Sequence record: NC_024794.1
Direction: 5' to 3' (one strand)
Origin: Escherichia phage vB_EcoM_PhAPEC2
DNA length: 64,000 bases
Shown here: positions 55,833-63,906 of the stretch, piece after piece
Numbering within the stretch: position 1 is the stretch's first letter
How the letters are laid out: every line of letters begins with the position of its first letter
Position numbers and translations under genes: made by a program
The notes under the pieces: model-generated
Told to the model about the DNA's origin: nothing
Seen by the model: only the letters and a program-made list of their open reading frames with translations
The model's database searches: none

Positions 55833-56378
55833 TTATTTCAAAGTTGGTATAATAGAATCAAGATAAGCTTTAAGAGCAACTGCTTCATCTTTGTCTAATG
55901 TAATGATATGTTGACGAAGGTCATCAATTTGACGAATAACTACGACATCACCATCTTCATAAGAAGGATTAACTCCTAGGACTGTTGTATAGTCAGGGCG
56001 GTCCTGATTTGTAATAAAAGCATTACGGCATTTAGCCCATTGAAGTTTGGCCTTTTTGGCTGTTTCAGATTCCATTAATTCTTTCACCTTAGTGACGAAT
56101 GTTTTCCAATTATTAATAGAAAAACATTCATCTTCGGTTTCGATATTGGCCGCATTGTAAAGACCAGGATAAAAACGAACTTGGAGGTCTTCACCAATGT
56201 TAATTACCTCTCGACGACGTCCAGACTGATTGAGTTTCAAAATCTTGTCCAGTTCCATAGGAAGAATAGTAGCAGCATCATCTTCTTGTGTCAGAACGTA
56301 CACATAACCACGTTTTTCAATACATAAATCACCGAACAGCTCGGTTGTTTCAATTACGGTTTTCATATTATTCACCAA
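55833..56378 (-). CDS. hypothetical protein
   Basis: 181-aa ORF; start may be internal Met (MKTVIETT). Confidence 0.5.
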   Translation of the reverse strand: MVNNMKTVIETTELFGDLCIEKRGYVYVLTQEDDAATILPMELDKILKLNQSGRRREVINIGEDLQVRFYPGLYNAANIETEDECFSINNWKTFVTKVKELMESETAKKAKLQWAKCRNAFITNQDRPDYTTVLGVNPSYEDGDVVVIRQIDDLRQHIITLDKDEAVALKAYLDSIIPTLK

Positions 56379-56646
56379 TTAAAGTTTCAACAAAATTCAC
56401 CAAAGCATTCTGGCAAGCGTCAACCTGATTTCTATAAAAATTAAATAATATCCATCAATTTATTAGCTTGTTCACGGGTCATTTTACCATACTCGTTTCA
56501 ATAAGATTCACTATGCCGTTTACCATGTTATAAGTAAACATCGGATAATTGTATTGTACTACAACATAAGCGATAAGCAAAAGTTTCATTTTGTTCTCCA
56601 TTTGTTTTGGTAGGATTACTATATCATAGTCCTACCAAGACGTAAA

Positions 56647-56937
56647 CTACCGATTATGTTTTAAAATACTATAAAGAGCTTCTACTTGGCTTGCATCCAG
56701 GTAAATAACATCATCATCTTGCTCAATGGAAATTCCGCCAGTATTACCTTCAACGAAATTACATTCGCATACTTCAACAGTGCGATATACATCACCAACT
56801 GGATGCTCAGGCTCCAGAACAATCACACCATCTTCAGAACAACCGCTTGGGTCATATAACATTACAGTTTCCTCGCTAACCATGAAAAGAATAAACCAAT
56901 TAAAACAGGTCCTACAGCCATTGTTAACCAAGCCCAA
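56647..56937 (-). CDS. hypothetical protein
   Basis: 96-aa ORF. Confidence 0.4.
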   Translation of the reverse strand: MGLVNNGCRTCFNWFILFMVSEETVMLYDPSGCSEDGVIVLEPEHPVGDVYRTVEVCECNFVEGNTGGISIEQDDDVIYLDASQVEALYSILKHNR

Positions 56938-57125
56938 GGTTCAAGATAATAAATCATCTCATGCTCCTGTGCCATCAGTTTCTTGGTTCACGTTTAAAAA
57001 TTTCATCATGCATTGATTGACAACCAACACAATATATCACCACCATATCATCTTCAGCGCTTTCAGGTAAAAGTTCAAGTACGCCGTCTTCAGATTTTCC
57101 AGTATAATCGTAAAGCATAATATCC

Positions 57126-57305
57126 TCACATAATCTCGTTAACATACATTTGCAATTCGGTGTGAGCTTCGGCCATCTTTTTCATAGCTCTGTTAATGTC
57201 GATGTCTCCATCTTCGCAACCATGAGCATTTTCCCAATCAGATACCGCATTAGCGTACTCTTCAATCAAAAACATTAACTTAGAAATTTTTTCTTTACGT
57301 GACAT
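57126..57305 (-). CDS. hypothetical protein
   Basis: track ORF 57126..57344 reads through a promoter; SD GAGGAGAA precedes MSRKEKIS. Confidence 0.45.
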   Translation of the reverse strand: MSRKEKISKLMFLIEEYANAVSDWENAHGCEDGDIDINRAMKKMAEAHTELQMYVNEIM

Positions 57306-57307
57306 AA

Positions 57308-57357
57308 CGTTCTCCTCTAGTAAGTAAAGACTACTATAACACAACCTGTGGAGAAGT
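57308..57357 (-). promoter_or_regulatory. early promoter with anti-SD spacer
   Basis: minus strand GTTTAC, TTCTCCACAGGTTGTGT, TATAGT. Confidence 0.5.
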
Positions 57358-57369
57358 AAACTGCTAAAT

Positions 57370-57402
57370 GCAAAAAAGCCCCAACCTTTCGGAAGGGGCT
57401 AG
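57370..57402 (-). terminator. intrinsic terminator
   Basis: minus strand AGCCCC..GAAAGG..GGGGCU hairpin followed by UUUUUU. Confidence 0.6.
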
Positions 57403-57406
57403 TAAA

Positions 57407-57709
57407 TTAGATAGATGTAGGCTCTAATTTTATTTTCATGAACTCGGCAAATTGTCTGGCAGTTTTTATGCCTTGTTCCTGGCATTCAAATGCATCATCA
57501 CAGGGGCTATTTTTGTAATGCTTTGCCATATAGTTATAAAATTTTTCAGAATTCTCAACATTTTGAATTTCGAACAAAGTATATACGTTTTTAATCCCTG
57601 ATTCCATAAAGTTATCAAAGTACGGGTCAACATATGCAGTGCCAACAATAGGAGTCGTTGCTGCAAAAAACCCCAGCATCGCCACAATGGCTATCGCTCT
57701 TAAGGCCAT
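57407..57709 (-). CDS. secreted protein (signal peptide)
   Basis: 100 aa; N-terminal MALRAIAIVAMLGFFAATTPIVGTA; terminator downstream. Confidence 0.5.
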   Translation of the reverse strand: MALRAIAIVAMLGFFAATTPIVGTAYVDPYFDNFMESGIKNVYTLFEIQNVENSEKFYNYMAKHYKNSPCDDAFECQEQGIKTARQFAEFMKIKLEPTSI

Positions 57710-57721
57710 ATAGGCCTCCTG

Positions 57722-57934
57722 TTAATTTTGGCCAGTATTTATTTTTCGCCTTTGGACGGCCTTAACATCTGCGAGGTATTTTTCCAGCTTGCGCTTGCGT
57801 GTATAATCAGCTTTAGAACCAGTTTGACGGATATCCTCGTTTAAATGAGAAATAGAATGTCCTAATTCTCTTCGGATTTCATCCAATTGGGTTACAGTAA
57901 GATTACGAAGTTGTCTTTCGTTTAATTGCTGCAT
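57722..57934 (-). CDS. hypothetical protein
   Basis: 70 aa; TATAAATA-like element upstream. Confidence 0.45.
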   Translation of the reverse strand: MQQLNERQLRNLTVTQLDEIRRELGHSISHLNEDIRQTGSKADYTRKRKLEKYLADVKAVQRRKINTGQN

Positions 57935-57961
57935 ATATACCTCTTGGTTAGATATTAGTAT

Positions 57962-58543
57962 TTATAACAACCCTGTCAAATCATTCCAATGCTTCCGGCA
58001 TAATGACACATATCTATCGGTATCACCAATTTCAATTTGACTGCCATCTGTAATTGGAAGTCCGTCTTCCGTGACTCTAGCTACCATTGTGGCCTTTTTA
58101 CCACAATGACAGACACCTTTAAGTTCAACAAGCTTATCGGCAATAGCCATTAATGCTTGAGAACCTTCAAATAGATTACCTTTAAAATCTGTTCGTAGAC
58201 CATATGCCATTACCGGCACATTGTATACGTCAACAATACGACTAAGTTGATACACCTTTTCAGTAGTTAAGAACTGAGCTTCGTCAACAAATACACAGTG
58301 AATATCCTTTTGCGCTGCAGCCCATTTATAGAATTCAAAGATATCCATGTCTTTTGTAATTATATTGGCATCCTGACGAATACCAATACGAGAGACTATT
58401 TCACCTTTTGAATCACGAGTATCAATAGCCGGTTTAAGAACTAATACACCCATGCCACGTTCTTTATAGTTGTGTGCGGCAGTAAGTAATGAAGCAGACT
58501 TACCAGCGTTCATAGCGGCATATGTAAAAATTAAACTAGCCAT
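57962..58543 (-). CDS. tk: thymidine kinase
   Basis: 193 aa; P-loop AAMNAGKS, zinc site CHCGKKA...CRKH. Confidence 0.9.
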   Translation of the reverse strand: MASLIFTYAAMNAGKSASLLTAAHNYKERGMGVLVLKPAIDTRDSKGEIVSRIGIRQDANIITKDMDIFEFYKWAAAQKDIHCVFVDEAQFLTTEKVYQLSRIVDVYNVPVMAYGLRTDFKGNLFEGSQALMAIADKLVELKGVCHCGKKATMVARVTEDGLPITDGSQIEIGDTDRYVSLCRKHWNDLTGLL

Positions 58544-58552
58544 AAGAGTCCC

Positions 58553-58735
58553 TTATAGTGAATTCACGTAGTCAATGAGTTCTTGTTCTTTCCTGTCAAA
58601 TGATTCCATCAATGCTTGATATTCTTCATCTGTTAAAGGAGCATATTCATCGTACGCATTGGTGGCTGCTTGCTCATCCAATAGGTCATGGATAAGTTCG
58701 AACAGTTTAGTTTTCTCTTCTTTAGTCAATTTCAT
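58553..58735 (-). CDS. hypothetical acidic protein
   Basis: 60 aa. Confidence 0.45.
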   Translation of the reverse strand: MKLTKEEKTKLFELIHDLLDEQAATNAYDEYAPLTDEEYQALMESFDRKEQELIDYVNSL

Positions 58736-59226
58736 TTAGGTTCCCAATCGACAATCACAATTTCTAGTTTAGTGGAATACGTATCTAAAATCTCTTCAAT
58801 GACATCCCAGTTTCCACCACCAATACCTGCACCAATTCTTGGCATATAAATTACAGGCTTTGTTATCTTATTCTTTCCGAATTCATTTAATTCTATTATA
58901 CAATTCATTAAAGCAGAGTACTCAAAATTAGGTCCAGGCTCAAACTGTGTATAAAGATTAAAGCAATAAGCTTTATGGGTCTTAAAATATTTTTCATAAA
59001 CCGAATAAGTCCCGAGTTTAGACTCGTCTCCGAATTCGGTTTGAAGTTTATCGGCTTCTAAAATTTTTGGATAAGCCTTTGCTAATTGTCCTGCCACACC
59101 AGCGCCCATTGTATGAAAACAATTACACCCATGAGCAATATTATTACCTTTAGAAAACAGGGCGACAATATCGCCCTTGATATAGTTTTTAATCACTTGC
59201 TGCAAGTCCTCTAGTATAAGAGTCAA
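58732..59226 (-). CDS. macro-domain-like protein (possible ADP-ribose binding/hydrolase)
   Basis: 164 aa; NNIAHGCNCFHTMGAGVAGQL resembles macro-domain glycine-rich loop; from motif memory. Confidence 0.45.
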   Translation of the reverse strand: MTLILEDLQQVIKNYIKGDIVALFSKGNNIAHGCNCFHTMGAGVAGQLAKAYPKILEADKLQTEFGDESKLGTYSVYEKYFKTHKAYCFNLYTQFEPGPNFEYSALMNCIIELNEFGKNKITKPVIYMPRIGAGIGGGNWDVIEEILDTYSTKLEIVIVDWEPK

Positions 59227-59536
59227 CTAGGCGGTCTACCATAGAATTGCATGCTGCCTTATCTTTAGGTTCCGCCACCGAGCATTCTAATATTTGCCAT
59301 TTTTTATGATATCGTTTAATTAAGGTAGACGCCTTGAACCTACTAGACGCCCCATCTTTTTCTCCGTCTTTATACGCATATAATAATTTTTGTGAAAAAT
59401 CTACTTTACACTCTTGACTTTTACCACAATAATCAGACGCCGTTCTGTTTGTATACTCCGTTACATCAGTATATGTAGTATTAGCAAAAGCGTTAAATGA
59501 AACCAAGCCAACTATTAAAGCCAACATTTTGGTCAT
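59189..59536 (-). CDS. secreted Cys-containing protein
   Basis: 115 aa; signal peptide MTKMLALIVGLVSFNAFA; ATGA-coupled. Confidence 0.5.
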   Translation of the reverse strand: MTKMLALIVGLVSFNAFANTTYTDVTEYTNRTASDYCGKSQECKVDFSQKLLYAYKDGEKDGASSRFKASTLIKRYHKKWQILECSVAEPKDKAACNSMVDRLVDSYTRGLAASD

Positions 59537-60075
59537 TCTTTTATTTCCAGTAGTTTATTTGATTTAAGGTAATTAGCCTTTTCTAGGACTTCAGAAGCAT
59601 ATTTACTTCCAGCACTTGTCTTCCATCCTGCATTATATGAGGATATAGCTTTTCTTATATCCCCATTATGTATATTTAACCAATAAGAAAATTCGATATA
59701 AGCCCATCTGGCTGAATTAGACCGCTTAGATAGCATTTTCTTAATTTGGGCATCAGTCATATTATAACCAAGCTGGTTAATTCTTGCCCTCATTGTTGGT
59801 AGATAATTTTGGAACATTCCATACGCATGGTGACCTTTCTTATCTTTAAGATTAATACCGGCAGATGATTCCTGCCATAGTATTGCGGCCATTATGTATC
59901 CAAGTCCTTTCTTATGCATATTTTCATGCGTTTTAAATTTTCCGTCCTTAGAAAACTGTTCCCCAAACTGATAAGCATAATTCAAGTTATCGAGTTGGAC
60001 ATTACTAAAAGTATGCTCGGAGCTATGTGCTGATAATGAAAGAGCAAATAGACCAGCGAGTAGTGCTTTTCTCAT
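59533..60075 (-). CDS. secreted lytic transglycosylase-like protein (SLT domain)
   Basis: 180 aa; signal peptide; SLT motifs QESSAG, AYGMFQ, SYNAGW. Confidence 0.6.
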   Translation of the reverse strand: MRKALLAGLFALSLSAHSSEHTFSNVQLDNLNYAYQFGEQFSKDGKFKTHENMHKKGLGYIMAAILWQESSAGINLKDKKGHHAYGMFQNYLPTMRARINQLGYNMTDAQIKKMLSKRSNSARWAYIEFSYWLNIHNGDIRKAISSYNAGWKTSAGSKYASEVLEKANYLKSNKLLEIKE

Positions 60076-60083
60076 GTTTACCT

Positions 60084-60542
60084 CTAGATTTTAATCACTG
60101 CTTTAGAAGCTTTTCCTGGTAGTCGTTTATTGTTAATAATAGCCATTCTGCATTGAAGAGTCTTCATTTTGAATGCTGGATTTTCGCGACAAACTGTAAG
60201 TCCTAACCAAAGATTTCCATCAGTTATTTCTAAACGGCCTGGGCGATATTCGACACCTTCGACAAAATCTTCATCAACATCTGGACGTGCCGGCATTGAT
60301 AAAAATTCTGTAACTTCTTTAACATGATTTTTTACTTTACGAAATAATTCAAAAACGTAATTCTCATCTATTTCTCTTTGGATGGCACGATCTAAGAGAT
60401 GTTGAGAATACTTGATATGAAAGCCTGGTAGTCCAAGAGACTTTGCAGCATCTTTTATACCGGCATTGATTTGACGAAACTCCGTTTCAAAGATTCGACG
60501 GAGTTTATTGCGGCGGATAAAAACGTCTGAATTGATAGTCAT
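60084..60542 (-). CDS. regB: RegB endoribonuclease
   Basis: 152 aa; near-identical to remembered T4 RegB (FIRRNKLRR..EITDGNLWLG..CRMAIIN). Confidence 0.88.
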   Translation of the reverse strand: MTINSDVFIRRNKLRRIFETEFRQINAGIKDAAKSLGLPGFHIKYSQHLLDRAIQREIDENYVFELFRKVKNHVKEVTEFLSMPARPDVDEDFVEGVEYRPGRLEITDGNLWLGLTVCRENPAFKMKTLQCRMAIINNKRLPGKASKAVIKI

Positions 60543-60545
60543 TTT

Positions 60546-60598
60546 GATTTCTCCTCTAGTTGACAGGTCTATAGTAACACAACTAGAGGAGAAGTAAA
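60546..60598 (-). promoter_or_regulatory. early promoter of regB with anti-SD spacer
   Basis: minus strand GTTTAC, TTCTCCTCTAGTTGTGT, TACTAT; 13-bp perfect inverted repeat with the SD-containing leader. Confidence 0.55.
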
Positions 60599-60603
60599 CT
60601 ACT

Positions 60604-60819
60604 TTATTGATAAAATGGAGTTAAAGCCCAAGATTCTTTAGATACCATATTGGCGAAATGCCTCATCTCTTCGATTTGGCGACGACGCTGGTCAGCATAG
60701 TCTTCTTCGCCTTCTTCCTTACAATCTTCAAGGTCTTCTTCAAGATACTTTAAGTATTCACTACAAATTTTGTTGACCTTTTCTTGAAAGTCCAATAACC
60801 CAGTAATACTAGAAGCCAT
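60604..60819 (-). CDS. hypothetical acidic protein
   Basis: 71 aa. Confidence 0.5.
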   Translation of the reverse strand: MASSITGLLDFQEKVNKICSEYLKYLEEDLEDCKEEGEEDYADQRRRQIEEMRHFANMVSKESWALTPFYQ

Positions 60820-61064
60820 TAGTATTTTTCCTCAGGTCGAAATACCGCGCGACAAGCCCACATACTAGCTTCCTTTAGACGCTCTTTAGCGCAGTTAAGT
60901 TGGGACAAAGCCGTCAGAGCTTCAGGAGTATTTGCTGATAATGCTTCTTCTGCCAGGGCGTCCAGAATAAGTCCTAAACGAACTTCGGCATCTTTAATAG
61001 CGTTCACTTTACCGATTTTATCATCGGTATGTGGCTTGTAGCCTTTGATGTCTTCAATCGACAT
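60819..61064 (-). CDS. hypothetical protein
   Basis: track ORF 60819..61232; internal Met (MSIEDIKG) overlaps upstream stop. Confidence 0.45.
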   Translation of the reverse strand: MSIEDIKGYKPHTDDKIGKVNAIKDAEVRLGLILDALAEEALSANTPEALTALSQLNCAKERLKEASMWACRAVFRPEEKY

Positions 61065-61278
61065 AAGGAATTTCCTCATCGGTGGCAAGGTCATATTCGA
61101 CCAATTGGATAGGCTCATTAATACCATATCCACGTACAGTGATATCGGTTGTCGGATATTTTCCAGTAATATCACCCGTTCTAAATGCTTCAATGAATGA
61201 TTGCTCGCCTGAGCAACTAAACCAGGCGGCAAAACATTTTAAAACATCTTCAGACCCTTCTATAACCAATTTAGCCAT
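61054..61278 (-). CDS. hypothetical protein
   Basis: 74 aa; TAATG-coupled to GrcA-like gene. Confidence 0.45.
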   Translation of the reverse strand: MAKLVIEGSEDVLKCFAAWFSCSGEQSFIEAFRTGDITGKYPTTDITVRGYGINEPIQLVEYDLATDEEIPYVD

Positions 61279-61640
61279 TATAGACTCTCAGTAAAGGTAC
61301 GAGCGATAACGTCGCGCTGTTGTTCCGGAGTCAGAGAGTTAAAGCGAACTGCATATCCGGATACACGGATGGTCAGCTGCGGATATTTTTCCGGATGCTT
61401 AACTGCATCTTCCAGAGTTTCACGACGCAGAACGTTAACGTTCAGGTGTTGACCACCTTCAATTTTAACTTTAGGTTGATGTTCAATTTCAATTTCACGA
61501 GCATGCAAACCGTAGAAAATTTCTGGGTCTACAATAGCGTCTTCTTTAAAAGTCTTAGAGACAATAATCCGGGCTTGAGTACCGTCTTCAAAATAAATAG
61601 TGCCTTTATGTGCACCTTCAAGAATTTGATATGCTTTCAT
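61278..61640 (-). CDS. autonomous glycyl-radical cofactor (GrcA/YfiD-like)
   Basis: 120 aa; C-terminus [31 protein letters not shown] is the glycyl-radical signature of PFL/GrcA. Confidence 0.8.
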   Translation of the reverse strand: MKAYQILEGAHKGTIYFEDGTQARIIVSKTFKEDAIVDPEIFYGLHAREIEIEHQPKVKIEGGQHLNVNVLRRETLEDAVKHPEKYPQLTIRVSGYAVRFNSLTPEQQRDVIARTFTESL

Positions 61641-61646
61641 ATAACC

Positions 61647-61955
61647 TCAATTAGAAAATAAATTTATCCAAGATTTTTCTTTAATCAAAAATGGGTCGGA
61701 ATTAAACGCCATTAAACTTTGAGTGATTAATCCCTTAAATGGCCCATCAATAAATTCCATTTTGAAATGCGGAATACTAGTCATCATCCGTGCATTAGGA
61801 GCAGTACAAAGAACCTGCTGCCCGGCGAACGGACCTTTAGTCAAACGATATCGTTTAGGTTTAAAATGGTAAATCTCGTAATTTTCTACAAGAGCCCTTT
61901 TATTGCATACTGGGCTGTTATAACAATACTCAAAAACTTCAATAGTGGTCATCAT
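61647..61955 (-). CDS. hypothetical protein
   Basis: 102 aa. Confidence 0.5.
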   Translation of the reverse strand: MMTTIEVFEYCYNSPVCNKRALVENYEIYHFKPKRYRLTKGPFAGQQVLCTAPNARMMTSIPHFKMEFIDGPFKGLITQSLMAFNSDPFLIKEKSWINLFSN

Positions 61956-62491
61956 TGCATTCCAATCACAAAAAATTGAGGACGAGCATTACCGCCGATG
62001 CAATATTTGCTTTTGCAGCAGTGCTGTACTGTTTTAATGTGGACATTGTAAATCTTATCCATATCGGGAGCTTTAATAGGCTCGTCAATTATATACAGAA
62101 TACGAGAAAGCGTTAATCCACGGAATTTAGAACCTTCATTGCCAATAAAACTACGAACAGAATCAGTAAATAAACGGAATCGAATATCATCGCTAGAATA
62201 ACGAGAAAATTCTTTTTCAATGTTGCCAGCAGAAATTTTAGCATAAGCTGAAGTATTAGAAAGAACAATAACTGTTCCACCGTCGTGCAGCCAATTAACA
62301 GCAAAATTAGTTACTGCGGTCGATTTACCTGATTGTCTGCCGCCGTCTAAACGAAGTGTACAGTACTGCTTGAGTACGTCTTCAAATGGTGGGACATAAC
62401 CATTCTTACAAATTTCTTCTACTCTAGCATCAGAATGGTGTGTAAAAGCATTCATCAGGGATAGATAAGGTCCGGTTAAAAATGTTCTCAT
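61952..62491 (-). CDS. hypothetical protein with P-loop-like motif
   Basis: 179 aa; GGRQSGKST. Confidence 0.5.
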   Translation of the reverse strand: MRTFLTGPYLSLMNAFTHHSDARVEEICKNGYVPPFEDVLKQYCTLRLDGGRQSGKSTAVTNFAVNWLHDGGTVIVLSNTSAYAKISAGNIEKEFSRYSSDDIRFRLFTDSVRSFIGNEGSKFRGLTLSRILYIIDEPIKAPDMDKIYNVHIKTVQHCCKSKYCIGGNARPQFFVIGMQ

Positions 62492-62670
62492 TTAGTTTCT
62501 CTTTTAGATTGGGGCCATTCCGTGGCGCATGAATTGTCCATTTCTGTATTTACCCATTACCGCACTTGGGCTCGACCTTATTACAGGTTGGCGGGAATCC
62601 CTCATAGAATCATGAGGTCCAGGTTGTTCCCATATTATTTAAATGTAAATAGGTCTAAGTATTAGCTTTA

Positions 62671-63249
62671 TTAATTACCACGGGCCGCATTAGCAACGGC
62701 GTAAGCATACTGAACATTAGCGTCCTTAAACGTACCTTTAGAGGTATCTATTTCTGCCTTAAAGCCGCCTTTAGCCATAACATCGGCAAATTCTTTACGG
62801 AAAGCCATTGCATCAAGACCTTTCCATGATGATTTATGCTTGGCAAATTCAAGACCGGCGTAGTTGACAGCTTTAGCCAATTTATTATCAATGACCCATT
62901 TACCGGCTTTAGGCACAAACTTCGGGCCTTTTTGTTTAGAGAACAGTTTTAAATTCCAGCGACGAAGATCACTATCGGCTTTAACAAAAGCTGCGTCTAA
63001 GTTACTAGCAACAACATCTTCAATATGAGCAAATTTAAGTCCGTCAACTTCAATATTTAGATCGTTACGCCAACGTAGTCCTTCCCAAGCGAAGGCTTTA
63101 AAATCAGAAGCTTTTGTGGCTAGATATCGTTCAAGTGGAGCAGTTTTAGGGTCAAAGCCGTTTCCGCCACGATAATTCCACTCGTCCTTATTAATGCCTT
63201 GAGCTTTTCCTGCAAAGGCCTCGGCGATAAATTCTTTATACGTTTTCAT
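62671..63249 (-). CDS. capsid internal protein (IP-type, capsid-targeting leader)
   Basis: 192 aa; N-terminus MKTYKEFIAEA matches the T4 IP capsid-targeting sequence MKTYQEFIAEA. Confidence 0.6.
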   Translation of the reverse strand: MKTYKEFIAEAFAGKAQGINKDEWNYRGGNGFDPKTAPLERYLATKASDFKAFAWEGLRWRNDLNIEVDGLKFAHIEDVVASNLDAAFVKADSDLRRWNLKLFSKQKGPKFVPKAGKWVIDNKLAKAVNYAGLEFAKHKSSWKGLDAMAFRKEFADVMAKGGFKAEIDTSKGTFKDANVQYAYAVANAARGN

Positions 63250-63312
63250 TTTTGTTTCCTTGTTTGTTTTGATAGAGTAATTATACCATATTAATACTTA
63301 AGCGTAAACAAT

Positions 63313-63429
63313 TTAAGCTTTATCGCCAGAAATAATTCCGAAGTTGTTAAAATCGTATCCAATATCGTCAACATCTACTTTAGGACCTTTGGCATCTGCT
63401 TCAATGATAAATTCTTGATACATTTTCAT
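63313..63429 (-). CDS. micro-ORF with capsid-targeting leader (putative internal peptide)
   Basis: 38 aa not in track: MKMYQEFIIEADAKGPKVDVDDIGYDFNNFGIISGDKA; SD TAAGGA upstream. Confidence 0.45.
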   Translation of the reverse strand: MKMYQEFIIEADAKGPKVDVDDIGYDFNNFGIISGDKA

Positions 63430-63435
63430 TTTTCC

Positions 63436-63849
63436 TTAGTAAATTGATTTACCATAGTATTTGTACCAAGTCGGACGTTGAGCAATTTTTTCATCTAAGC
63501 GTGCTTGACTTATCGCAATGGACGCTTCGGACGGGACATAATTATTACGAAATTCGGCAGGGATGTCGGAAATATCCTGGACTGTCGTGTCCTTGATTTT
63601 GAAACCACGTTTCAAACATTCAGCGATTAGCTCGATTTGTCGTAAACGTAAAAATTCGAGTTTGTCGTAAAAGAATGTTACGTGACCTGTGCCTAAGATA
63701 AATGTTGGAGAGATTTTAAAATCCTTTACACGTTTACCATTTTGAACATGTTTACGGACTGCACCGAATACACGAGGTAATTCGCGATACTCAGCCATAA
63801 GATGTTGGTCGGCCAGTTCAGAAACAAGTGTTAAATTGATACGAGTCAT
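63436..63849 (-). CDS. denV: endonuclease V (pyrimidine-dimer DNA glycosylase)
   Basis: track ORF 63436..63861 (TTG artefact start); [31 protein letters not shown] matches T4 DenV; SD GGAGGA. Confidence 0.9.
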   Translation of the reverse strand: MTRINLTLVSELADQHLMAEYRELPRVFGAVRKHVQNGKRVKDFKISPTFILGTGHVTFFYDKLEFLRLRQIELIAECLKRGFKIKDTTVQDISDIPAEFRNNYVPSEASIAISQARLDEKIAQRPTWYKYYGKSIY

Positions 63850-63851
63850 AA

Positions 63852-63905
63852 TTTCCTCCAAGTAGTTGATGAATGTATAGTATCAAAACTCTTGGAGGAA
63901 GTAAA
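63852..63905 (-). promoter_or_regulatory. early promoter of denV with anti-SD spacer
   Basis: minus strand GTTTAC, TTCCTCCAAGAGTTTTGA, TACTAT; inverted repeat with leader CTTGGAGGAA. Confidence 0.5.
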
Positions 63906-63906
63906 C

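Noticed and set aside
57950-57965. Second late-promoter TATAAATA overlapping the tk stop codon
   Set aside because: Exact octamer match, but it overlaps coding sequence and the downstream ORF is small and unrecognised; insufficient support to call a late gene.
62492-62670. Possible tRNA or small RNA gene in the GC-rich intergenic region
   Set aside because: No acceptor stem with a T-loop (GTTCRANYC) could be assembled on either strand; kept only as an unexplained structured region.
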